NCBI RefSeq assembly: GCF_009914755.1
Contig: NC_060925.1
Reading direction: 5' to 3' (one strand)
DNA: 64,000 nucleotides
Origin: the human T2T-CHM13v2.0 reference genome, Homo sapiens
The notes beneath the pieces were generated by a model that was not told the DNA's origin, did not search any database, and saw nothing but the letters and a program-made list of their open reading frames with translations. Below, piece after piece: positions 27,001 to 41,300 of the stretch (positions are counted from its first letter, which is position 1; the number at the start of each line of letters is the position of its first letter). Both the position numbers and the translations under genes were made by a program.

Positions 27001-30000
27001 TCTAATGGAATGGAATGGAATAATCCATGGACTCGAATGCAATCATCATCGAATGGAATCGAATGGAATCATCGAATGGACTCGAATGGAATAATCATGG
27101 AACGGAATCGAATGGAATCATCATCGGATGGAAATGTATGGAATGATCATCGAATGGAATCGAATAGAATTATGGAATGAAATCCAGTGTGATCATCATC
27201 GAATGGACCCGAATGGAATCATCATCCAATGGAAACTAATGGAATCAGCATGGAATGAATCGAATGGAAACACCATCGAATTGAAACGAATGGAATTATC
27301 ATGAAAGTGAAATGGATGGACTCATCATCGAATGGATTCGAATGGAATCATCGAATAAATTTGATTCAAATCATCATCAAATGGAATCGAATGGTATCAT
27401 TGAATGGAATCGAATGGAATCATCATCAGATGGAAATGAATGGAATCGTCATAGAATGGAATCGAATGGATTCATTGAATGGAATCAGATGGAATCATCG
27501 AATGGACTGGAAAGGAATCACTGAATGGACTCGAAAGGGATCATCATTGAATGAAATTCAATGGAATCATCGAATGGTCTCGATTGGAATCATTATCAAA
27601 TGGAATCGAATCGAATCACCGAATAGAATCGAATGGAACAATCATCGAATGGACTCAAATGGAATTATCCTCAAATGGAGTCGAATGGAATTATCGAATG
27701 CAATCGAATGGAATTATCGAATGCAATTGAATAGAATCATCGAATGGATTCGAATGGAATCATCGAATGGAATGGAATGGAACAGTCAATGAACTCCAAT
27801 GGAATCATCATTGAATGGAATCGAATGGAATCATCGAGTGGAATCGAATGGAATTATGATCAAATGGAATTGAATGTAATCATCATCAAATGGAATCAAA
27901 AATATCCATCATCTATGGGTATTGAATGGAATTGTCATCAAATGGAATTCAAAGGAATCATCATCAAATGGAACCGAATGGAATCCTCATTGAATGGAAA
28001 TGAAAGGGGTCATCATCTAATGGAATTGCATGGAATCATCATCAAATGGAATCGAATGGAATCATCATCAAATGGAATCTAATGGAATCACTGAACAGAA
28101 TTGAATGGAATCGTCATCGAATGAATTGAATGCAATCATCGAATTGTCTCGAATGGAATCATCTTCTAATGGAAAGGAAAGGAATCATCGCATAGAATCT
28201 AATGGAATTAACATTGAATTGACTCGAATGGAATCAACATCCAACGGAATCAAGCGGAATTATCGAATGGAATCTAAGAGAATCATCGAATGGACTCGAA
28301 TGGAATCATCTAATGGAATGGAATGGAATAATCCATGGACTCGAATGCAATCATCATCGAATGGAATCGAATGGAATCATCGAATGGACTCGAATGGAAT
28401 AATCATTGAACGGAATCGAATGGAATCCTCATCGGATGGAAACGAATGGAATCATCATCGAATGGAAATGAAAGGTGTCATCATCTAATGGAATTGCATG
28501 GAATCATCATAAAATGGAATCGAATGGAATCGACATCAAATGGAATCAAATGGAATCATTGAAAGAAATTGAATGGAATCGTCGTCGAATGAATTGAACG
28601 CAATCATCGAATGGTCTCGAATGGAATCATCTTCAAATGGAATGGAATGGAATCATCGCATAGAATCGAATGGAATTATCATCGAATGGAATCGAAAGGT
28701 ATCAACAACAAACGGAAAAAAACGGAATTATCGAATGGAATCGAATGGAATCATCTAATGGAATGGAATGGAATTATCCATGGACTCGAATGCAATCATC
28801 ATCGAATGGAATCGAATCGAATCATCGAATGGACTCGAATGGAATAATCATTGAACGGAATCGCATGGAGTCATCATCGGATGGAACTGAATGGAATCAT
28901 CATCGAATGGAAATGAAAGGAGTCATCTAATGGAATTGCACGGTATCAACATAAAATGGAATCGAATGGAATCAACATCAAATGGAATGAAATGGAATCA
29001 TTGAACGGAATTGAATGGAATCTTCATCGAATGAATTGAATGCAATCATCGAATGGTCTCGAATGGAATCATATTCAAATGGAATGGAATGGAATCATCG
29101 CATAGAATCGAATGGAATTATCATCGAATGGAATCGAATGGAATCAACATCAAACGGAAAAAAACGGAATTATCGAATGCAATCGAAGAGAATCATAGAA
29201 TGGTCCCGAATGGAATCGTCTAATGGAATGGAATGGAATAATCCATGGACTCGAATGCAATCATCATCGAATGGAATCGAATGGAATCATCGAATGGACT
29301 CGAATGGAATAATCATTGAACGGAATCGAATGGAATCATCATCGGATGGAAATGAATGGAATCATTATCGAATGGAATCGAATAGAATTATGGAATGAAA
29401 TCCAGTGTCATCATCTTCGAATGGACCCGAATGGAATCATCATCCAACGGAAGCTAATGGAATCAACATCGAATGAATCGAATGGAAACACCATCGAATT
29501 GAAACGAGTGGAATTATCATGAAATTGAAATGGATGGACTCATCATCGAATGGATTCGAATGGAATCATCGAATAAAATTGATTGAAATCATCATCAAAT
29601 GGAATCGAATGGTAGCATTGAATGGAATCGAATGGAATCATCATCAGATGGAAATGAATGGAATCGTCATAGAATGTAATCGAATGGATTCATTGAATGG
29701 AATCAGATGGAATCTTCGAATGGACTGGAATGGAATCATTGAATGGACTCGAAAGGGATCATCATTGAATGGAATTGAATGGAATCATCGAATGGTCTCG
29801 ATTGGAATCATTATCAAATGGAATCGAATGGAATCACCGAATAGAATCGAATGGAACCATCATCGAATGGAGTCAAATGAAATTATCCTCAAGTGGAATG
29901 GAATGGAATTATCGAATGCAATCGAATGGAATTATCGAATGCAATCGAATAGAATCATCGAATGGACTCGAATGGAATCATCGAATGGAATGGAATGGAA

Positions 30001-33000
30001 CAGTCAATGAACTCGAATGGAATCATCATTGAATGGAATCGAATGGAATCATCGAGTGGAATCGAATGAAATTATGATCAAATGGAATCGAATGTAATCA
30101 TCATCAAATGGAATCAAAAATAACCATCATCAATTGATATTCAATGGAATTGTCATCAAATGGAATTCAAAGGTATCATCATCAAATGGAACCGAATGGA
30201 ATCCTCATTGAATGGAAATGAAAGGGGTCATCATCTAATGGAATCGCATGGAATCATCATCAAATGGAATCGAATGGAATCATCATCAAATGGAATCTAA
30301 TGGAATCATTGAACAGAATTGAATGGAATCGTCATCGAATGAATTGAATGCAATCATCGAATGGTCTCGAATGGAATCATCTTCTAATGGAAAGGAATGG
30401 AATCATCGCATAGAATCGAATGGAATTAACATTGAATGGACTCGAATGGAATCAACATCAAACGGAATCAAGCGGAATTATCGAATGGAATCGAAGAGAA
30501 TCATCGAATGGACTCGAATGGAATCATCTAATGGAATGGAATGGAATAATCCACGGACTCGAATGCAATCATCATCGTATAGAATCGAATGGAATCATCG
30601 AATGGACTCGAATGGAATAATCATTGAACGGAATCGAATGGAATCATCATCGGATGGAAACGAATGGAATCAACATCGAATGGAAATGAAAGGAGTCATC
30701 ATCTAATGGAATTGCATGGAATCATCATAAAATGGAATCGAATGGAATCAACATCAAATGGAATCAAATGGAATCATTGAATGGAATTGAATGGAATCGT
30801 CATCGAATGAATTGAATGCAATCATCGAATGGTCTCGAATGGAATCATCTTCAAATGGAATGGAATGGAATCATCGCATAGAATCGAATGGAATTATCAT
30901 CGAATGGAATCGAATGGAATCAACATCAAACGGAAAAAAACGGAATTATCGAATGGAATCGAAGAGAATCATCGAACGGACCCATATGGAATCATCTAAT
31001 GGAATGGAATGGAATAATCCATGGACTCGAATGCAATCATCATCGAATGGAATCGAATGGAATCATCGAATGGACTCGAATGGAATAATCATTGAACGGA
31101 ATCGAATGGAGTCATCATCGGATGGAAACGAATGGAATCATCATCGAATGGAAATGAATGGATTCATCATCTAATGGAATTGCATGGAATCATCATAAAA
31201 TGGAATCGAATGGAATCAACATCAAATGGAATCAAATGGAATCATTGAACGGAATTGAATGGAATCGTCAACGAATGAATTGAATGCAATCATCGAATGG
31301 TCTCGAATGGAATCATCTTCAAATGGAATGGAATGGAATCATCGCATAGAATCGAACGGAATTATCATCGAATGGAATCGAATGGAATCAACATCAAACG
31401 GAAAAATCGGAATTATCGTATGGAATCGAAGAGAATCATCGAATGGACCCGAATGGAATCATCTAATGGAGTGGAATGGAATAATCCATGGACTCGAATC
31501 CAATCATCATCGAATGGAATCGAATTGAATCATCGAATGGACTCGAATGGAATAATCATCGAACGGAATCGAATGGAGTCATCATCGGATGGAAATGAAT
31601 GGAATCATCATCGAATGGAATCGAATAGAATTATGGAATGAAATCCAGTGTGATCATCATCGAATGGACCCTAATGGAATCATCATCCAACGGAAGCTAA
31701 TGGAATCGACATCGAATGAATCGAATGGAAACACCATCGAATTGAAACGAATGGAATTATCATGAAATTGAAATGGATGGACTCATCATCGAATGGATTC
31801 GAATGGAATCATCGAATAAAATTGATTGAAATCATCAACAAATGGAATCGAATGGTATCATTGAATGGAATCGAATGGAATCATCATCAGATGGAAATGA
31901 ATGGAATCGTCATAGAATGGAATCGAATGGATTCATTGAATGGAATCAGATGGAATCATCGAATGGACTGGAAAGGAATCACTGAATGGACTCGAAAGAG
32001 ATCATGATTGAATGGAATTGAATGGAATCATCGAATGGTCTCGATTGGAATCATTATCAAATGGAATCGAATGGAATCACCGAATAGAATCGAATGGAAC
32101 AATCATCGAATGGACTCAAACTGAATTATCCTCAAATGGAATGGAATGGAATTATCGAATGCAATCGAATGGAATTATCGAATGCAATCGAATAGAATCA
32201 TCGAATGGACTCGAATGGAATCATCGAATGGAATGGAATGGAACAGTCAATGAAGTCGAATGGAATCATCATTGAATGGAATCGAATGCAATCATCGAGT
32301 GGAATCGAATGGAATTATGATCAAATGGAATCGAATGTAATCATCATCAAATGGAATCAAAAATAACCATCATCAATTGGTATTGAATGGAATTGTCATA
32401 AAATGGAATTCAAAGGAAACATCATCAAATGGAACCGAATGGAATCCTCATTGAATGGAAATGAAAGGGGTCATAATCTAATGGAATCGCATGGAATCAT
32501 CATCAAATGGAATCGAATGGAATCATCATTAAATGGAATCTAATGGAATCATTGAACAGAATTGAATGGAATCGTCATCGAATGAATTGAATGCAATCAT
32601 CGAATGGTCTCGAACGGAATCATCTTCCAATGGAATGGAATGGAATCATCGCATAGAATCGAATGGAATTATCATCGAATGGAATCGAATGGTATCAACA
32701 CCAAACGGAAAAAAACGGAATTATCGAATGGAATCGAAGAGAATCTTCGAACGGAACCGAATGGAATCATCTAATGGAATGGAATGGAATAATCCATGGA
32801 CTCGAATGCAATCATCATCGAATGGAATCGAATGGAATCATCGAATGGACTCGAATGGAATAATCATTGAACGGAATCGAATGGAAACATCATCGGATGG
32901 AAACGAATGGAATCATGATCGAATGGAAATGAAAGGAGTCATCATCTAATGGAATTGCATGGAATCATCATAAAATGGAATCGAATGGAATCAACATCAA

Positions 33001-36000
33001 ATGGAATCAAATGGAATCATTGAACGGAATTGAATGGAATCGTCATCGAATGAATTGAATGCAATCATCGAATGGTCTCGAATGGAATCATCTTCAAATG
33101 GAATGGAATGGAATCATCGCATAGAATCGAATGGAATTATCATCGAATGGAATCGAATGAAATCAACATCAAACGGAAAAAAACGGAATTATCGAATGGA
33201 ATCGAAGAGAATCATCGAATGGACCCGAATGTAATCATCTAATGGAATGGAATGGAATAATCCATGGACTCGAATGCAATCATCATCGAATGGAATCGAA
33301 TGGAATCATCGAATGGACTCGAATGGAATAATCATTGAACGGAATCGAATGGAATCATCATCGGATGGAAATGAAAGGAGTCATCATCTAAGGGAATTGC
33401 ATGGAATCATCATAAAATGGAATCGAATGTAATCATCATCAAATGGAATCAAAAATAACCATCATCAATTAGTTTTGAATGGAATTGTCATCAAATGGAA
33501 TTCAAAGGAATCATCATCAAATGGAACCGAATGGAATCCTCATTGAATGGAAATGAAAGGGGTCATCATCTAATGGAATCGCATGGAATCATCATCAAAT
33601 GGAATCGAATGGAATCATCATCAAATGGAATCTAATGGAATCATTGAACAGAATTGAATGGAATCGTCATCGAATGAATTGAATGCAATCATCGAATGGT
33701 CTCGAATGGAATCATCTTCTAATTTAATGGAATGGAATCATCGCATAGAATCGAATGGAATTATCATCGAATGGAATCGAATGGTATCAACACCAAACGG
33801 AAAAAAACGGAATTATCGAATGGAATCGAAGAGAATCTTCGAACGGACCCGAATGGAATCATCTAATGGAATGGAATGGAATAATCCATGGACTGGAAGG
33901 CAATCATCATCGAATGGAATCGAATGGAATCATCGAATGGACTCGAATGGAATAATCATTGAACGGAATCGAATGGAATCATCATCGGATGGAAACGAAT
34001 GGAATCATCATCGAATGGAAATGAAAGGAGTCATCATCTAATGGAATTGCATGGAATCATCATCAAATGGAATCGAATGGAATCAACATCAAATGGAATC
34101 AAATGGAATCATTGAACGGAATTGAATGGAATCGTCATCGAATGAATTGAATGCAATCATTGAATGGTCTCGAATGGAATCATCTTCAAATGGAATGGAA
34201 TGGAATCATCGCATAGAAACGAATGGAATTATCATCGAATGGAATCGAATGGTATCAACATCAAACGGAAAAAAACGGAATTATCGAATGGAATCGAAGA
34301 GAATCCTCGAACGGACCCTAATGGAATCATCTAATGGAATGGAATGGAATAATCCATGGAGTCGAATGCAATCATCATCGAATGGAATCGAATGGAATCA
34401 TCGAATGGACTCGAATGGAATAATCATTGAACGGAATCGAATGGAATCATCTTCGGATGGAAACGAATGGAATCATCATGGAATGTAAATGAGAGGAATC
34501 ATCATCTAATGGAATTGCATGGAATCATCATAAAATGGAATCGAATGGAATCAACATCAAATGGAATCAAATGTAATCATTGAACGGAATTGAATGGAAT
34601 CGTCACCGAATGAATTGAATGCAATCATCGAATGGTCTCGAATGGAATCATCTTCAAATGGAATGGAATGGAATCATCACATAGAATCGAATGGAATTAT
34701 CATCGAATGGAATCGAATGGAATCAACATCAAACGGAAAAAAACGGAATTATCGAATGGAATCGAAGAGAATCATCGAATGGACCCGAATGGAATCATCT
34801 AATGGAATGGAATGGAATAATCCGTGGACTCGAATGCAATCATCATCGGATGGAAATGAATGGAATCATCATCGAATGGAATCGAATAGAATTATGGAAT
34901 GAAATCCAGTGTGATCATCATCGAATGGACCCGATTGGAATCATCATCCATCGGAAGCAAATGGAATCAACATCGAATGAATCGAATGGAAACACCATCG
35001 AATTGAAACGAATGGAATTATCATGAAATTGAAATGGATGGACTCATCATCGAATGGATTCGAATGGAATCATCGAATAAAATTGATTGAAATCATCATC
35101 AAATGGAATCGAATGGTATCATTGAATGGAATCGAATGGAATCATCATCAGATGGAAATGAATGGAATCGTCATAGAATGGAATCGAATGGATTCATTGA
35201 ATGGAATCAGATGGAATCATCGAATGGACTGGAATGGAATCATTGAATGGACTCGAAAGGGATCATTATTGAATGGAATTGAATGGAATCATCGAATGGT
35301 CTCGATTGGAATCATTATCAAATGGAATCGAATGGAATCACCGAATAGAATCGAATGGAACAATCATCGAATGGACTCAAATGGAATTATCCTCAAATGG
35401 AATCGAATGGAATTATCGAATGCAATCGAATGGAATTATCGAATGCAATCGAATAGAATCATCGAATGGACTCGAATGGAATCATCGAATGGAATGGAAT
35501 GGAACAGTCAATGAACTCGAATGGAATCATCATTGAATGGAAACGAATGGAATCATCGAGTGGAATCGAATGGAATTATGATCAAATGGAATCGAATGTA
35601 ATCATCATCAAATGGAATCAAAAATAACCATCATCAATTGGTATTGAATGGAATTGTCATCAAATGGAATTCAAAGGAATCATCATCAAATGGAACCGAA
35701 TGGAATCCTCATTGAATGGAAATGAAAGGGGTCATCATCTAATGGAATCGCATGGAATCATCATCAAATGGAATCGAATGGAATCATCATCAAATGGAAT
35801 CTAATGGAATCATTGAACAGAATTGAATGGAATCGTCATCGAATGAATTGAATGCAATCATCGAATGGTCTCGAATGGAATCATCTTCTAATGGAAAGGA
35901 ATGGAATCATCGCATAGAATCGAATGGAATTATCATCGAATGGAATCGAATGGTATCAACATCAAACGGAAAAAAACGGAATTATCGAATGGAATCGAAG

Positions 36001-38379
36001 AGAATTTTCGAACGGACCCGAATGGAATCATCTAATGGAATGGAATGGAATAATCCATGGACTCGAATGCAATCATCATCGAATGGAATCGAATGGAATC
36101 ATCGAATGGACTCGAATGGAATAATCATTGAACGGAATCAAATGGAATCATCATCGGATGGAAACGAATGGAATAATCATCGAATGGAAATGAAAGGAGT
36201 CATCATCTAATGGAATTGCATGGAATCATCATAAAATGGAATCGAATGGAATCAACATCAAATGGAATCAAATGGAATCATTGAACGGAATTGAATGGAA
36301 TCGTCATGGAATGAATTGACTGCAATCATCGAATGGTCTCGAATGGAATCATCTTCAAATGGAATGGAATGGAATCATCGCATAGAATCGAATGGAATTA
36401 TCATCGAATGGAATCGAATGGAATCAACATCAAACGGAAAAAAACGGAATTATCGAATGGAATCGAAGAGAATCATCGAATGGACCCGAATGGAATCATC
36501 TAATGGAATGGAATGGAATAATCCATGGACTCGAATGCAATCATCATCGAATGGAATCGAATGGAATCATCGAATGGACTCGAATGGAATAATCATTGAA
36601 CGGAATCGAATGGAATCATCATCGGATGGAAATGAATGGAATCATCATCGAATGGAATCGAATAGAATTATGGAATGAAATCCAGTGTCATCATCATCGA
36701 ATGGACCCGAATGGAATCATCATCCAACGGAAGCTAATGGAATCAACATCGAATGAATCGAATGGAAACACCAAAGAATTGAAACGAATGGAATTATCAT
36801 GAAATTGAAATGGATGGACTCATCATCGAATGGATTCGAATCGAATCATCGAATAAAATTGATTGAAATCATCATCCAATGGAATCGAATGGTATCATTG
36901 AATGGAATCGAATGGAATCATCATCAGATGGAAATGAATGGAATCGTCATAGAATGGAATCGAATGGATTCATTGAATGGAATCAGATGGAATCATCGAA
37001 TGGACTGGAATGGAATCATTGAATGGACTCGAAAGGGATCATGATTGAATGGAATTGAATGGAATCATCGAATGGTCTCGATTGGAATCATTATCAAATG
37101 GAATCGAATGGAATCACCGAATAGAATCGAATGGAACAATCATCGAATGGACTCAAATGGAATTATCCTCCAATGGAATCGAATGGAATTATCGAATGCA
37201 ATCGAATGGAATTATCGAATGCAATCGAATAGAATCATCGAATGGACTCGAATGGAATCATCGAATGGAATGGAATGGAACAGTCAATGAACTCGAATGG
37301 AATCATCATTGAATGGAATCGAATGGAATCATCGAGTGGAATCGAATGGAATTATGATCAAATGGAATCGAATGTAATCATCATCAAATGGAATCAAAAA
37401 TAACCATCATCAATTGGTATTGAATGGAATTGTCATCAAATGGAATTCAAAGGAATCATCATCAAATGGAACCGAATGGAATCCTCATTGAATGGAAATG
37501 AAAGGGGTCATCATCTAATGGAATCGCATGGAATCATCATCAAATGGAATCGAATGGAATCATCATCAAATGGAATCTAATGGAATCATTGAAAAGAATT
37601 GAATGGAATCGTCATCGAATGAATTGAATGTAATCATCGAATGGTCTCGAATGGAATCATCTTCTAATGGAAAGGAATGGAATCATCGCATAGAATCGAA
37701 TGGAATTAACATTGAATGGACTCGAATGGAATCCACATCAAACGGAATCAAGCGGAATTATCGAATGGAATCGAAGAGAATCATCGAATGGACTCGAATG
37801 GAATCATCTAAAGGAATGGAATGGAATAATCCACGGACTCGAATGCAATCATCATCGTATAGAATCGAATGGAATCATTGAATGGACTCGAATGGAATAA
37901 TCATTGAACGGAATCAAATGGAATCATCATCGGATGGAAACGAATGGAATCATCATCGAATGGAAAAGAAAAGAGTCATCATCTAATGGAATTGCATGGA
38001 ATCATCATAAAATGGAATCGAATGGAATCAACATCAAATGGAATCAAATGGAATCATTGAACGGAATTAAATGGAATCGTCATCGAATGAATTGAATGTA
38101 ATCATCGAATGGTCTCGAATGGAATCATCTTCTAATGGAAAGTAATGGAATCATCGCATAGAATCGAATGGAATTAAAATTGAATGGACTCGAATGGAAT
38201 CAACATCAAACGGAAAAAAACGGAAATATCGAATGGAATCGAAGAGAATCATCGAATGGACCCGAATGGAATCATCTAATGGAATGGAATGGAATAATCC
38301 ATGGACTCGAATGCAATCATCATCGAATGGAATCGAATGGAATCATCGAATGGACTCGAATGGAATAATCATAGAACGG

Positions 38380-41300
38380 AATCGAATGGAATCATCATCG
38401 GATGGAAATGAATGGAATCATCATCGAATGGAATCGAATAGAATTATGGAATGAAATCCAGTGTGATCATCATCGAATGCACCCGAATGGAATCATCATC
38501 CAACGGAATCTAATGGAAACAACATCGAATGAATCGAATGGAAACACCATCGAATTGAAACGAGTGGAATTATCATGAAATTGAAATGGATGGACTCATC
38601 ATCGAATGGATTCGAATGGAATCATCGAATAAAATTGATTGAAATCATCATCAAATGGAATCGAATGGTATCATTGAATGGAATCGAATGGAATCATCAT
38701 CAGATGGAAATGAATGGAATCGTCATAGAATGGAATCGAATGGATTCATTGAATGGAATCAGATGGAATCATCGAATGGACTGGAATGGAATCATTGAAT
38801 GGACTCGAGAGGGATCATTATTGAATGGAATTGAATGGAATCATGGAATGGTCTCGATTGGAATCATTATCAAATGGAATCGAATGGAATCACCGAATAG
38901 AATCGAATGGAACAATCATCGAATGGACTCCAATGGAATTATCCTCAAATGGAATCGAATGGAATTATCGAATGCAATCGAATGGAATTATCGAATGCAA
39001 TCGAATAGAATCATCGAATGGACTCGAATGGAATCATCGAATGGAATGGAATGGAACAGTCAATGAACTCGAATGGAATCATCATTGAATGGAATCGAAT
39101 GGAATCATCGAGTGGAATCGAATGGAATTATGATCAAATGGAATCGAATGTAATCATCATCAAATGGAATCAAAGATAACCATCATCAATTGGTATTGAA
39201 TGGAATTGTCATCAAATGGAATTCAAAGGAATCATCACCAAATGGAACCGAAAGGAATCCTCATTGAATGGAAATGAAAGGGGTCATCATCTAATGGAAT
39301 CGCATGGAATCATCATCAAATGGAATCGAATGGAATCATCATCAGATGGAATCTAATGGAATCATTGAACAGAATTGAATGGAATCGTCATCGAATGAAT
39401 TGAATGCAATCATCGAATGGTCTCGAATGGAATCATCTTCTAATGGAAAGGAATGGAATCATCGCATAGAATCGAATGGAATTAACATTGAATGGACTCG
39501 AATGGAATCAACATCAAACGGAATCAAGCGGAATTATCGAATGGAATCGAAGAGAATCATCGAATGGACTCGAATGGAATCATCTAATGGAATGGAATGG
39601 AATAATCCACGGACTCGAATGCAACCACCATCGTATAGAATCGAATGGAAACATCAAATGGAATCATCGAATGGACTCGAATGGAATAATCATTGAACGG
39701 AATCGAATGGAATCATCATCGGATGGAAACGAATGGAATCATCATCGAATGGAAATGAAAGGAGTCATCTAATGGAATTGCATGGAATCATCATCAAATG
39801 GAATCGAATGGAATCAACATCAAATGGAATCAAATGGAATCATTGAACGGAATTGAATGGAATCGTCATCTAATGAATTGAATGCAATCATCGAATGGTC
39901 TCGAATGGAATCATCTTCAAATGGAATGGAATGGAATCATCGCATAGAATCGAATGGAATTATCATCGAATGGAATCGAATGGAATCAACATCAAACGGA
40001 AAAAAACGGAATTATCGAATGGAATCGAAGAGAATCATCGAATGGGCCCGAATGGAATCATCTAATGCAATGGAATGGAATAATCTATGGACTCGAATGC
40101 AATCATCATCGAATGGAATCGAATGGAATCATCGAATGGACTCGAATGGAATAATCATTGAACGGAATCGAATGGAATCATCATCGGATGGAAATGAATG
40201 GAATCATCATCGAATGGAATCGAATAGAATTATGGAATGAAATCCAGTGTGATCATCATCGAATGGACCCGAATGGAATCATCATCCAACGGAAGCTAAT
40301 GGAATCAACATCGAATGAATCGAATGGAAACACCATCGAATTGAAACGAATGGAATTATCATGAAATTGAAATGGATGGACTCATCATCGAATGGATTCG
40401 AATGGAATCATCGAATAAAATTGATTGAAATCATCATCAAATTGAATCGAATGGTATCATTGAATGGAATCAAATGGAATCATCATCAGATGGAAAAGAA
40501 TGGAATCGTCATAGAATGGAATCGAATGGATTCATTGAATGGAATCAGATGGAATCATCGAATGGACTGGAATGGAATCATTGAATGGACTCGAAAGGGA
40601 TCATGATTGAATGGAATTGAATGGAATCATCGAATGGTCTCGATTGGAATCATTATCAAATGGAATCGAATGGAATCACCGAATAGAATCGAATGGAACA
40701 ATCATCGAATGGACTCAAATGGAATTATCCTCAAATGGAATCGAATGGAATTATCGAATGCAATCGAATGGAATTATCGAATGCAATCGAATAGAATCAT
40801 CGAATGGACTCGAATGGAATCATCGAATGGAATGGAATGGAACAGTCAATGAACTCGAATGGAATCATCATTGAATGGAATCGAATGGAATCATCGAGTG
40901 GAATCGAATGGAATTATGATCAAATGGAATCGAATGTAATCATCATCCAATGGAATCAAAAATAACCATCATCAATTGGTATTGAATGGAATTGTCATCA
41001 AATGGAATTCAAAGGAATCATCATCAAATGGAACCGAATGGAATCCTCATTGAATGGAAATGAAAGGGGTCATCATCTAATGGAATCGCATGGAATCATC
41101 ATCAAATGGAATCGAATGGAATCATCATCAAATGGAATCTAATGGAATCATTGAACAGAATTGAATGGAATGGTCATCGAATGAATTGAATGCAATCATC
41201 GAATGGTCTCGAATGGAATCATCTTCTAATGGAAAGGAATGGAATCATCGCATAGAATCGAATGGAATTATCATCGAATGGAATCGAATGGTATCAACAC

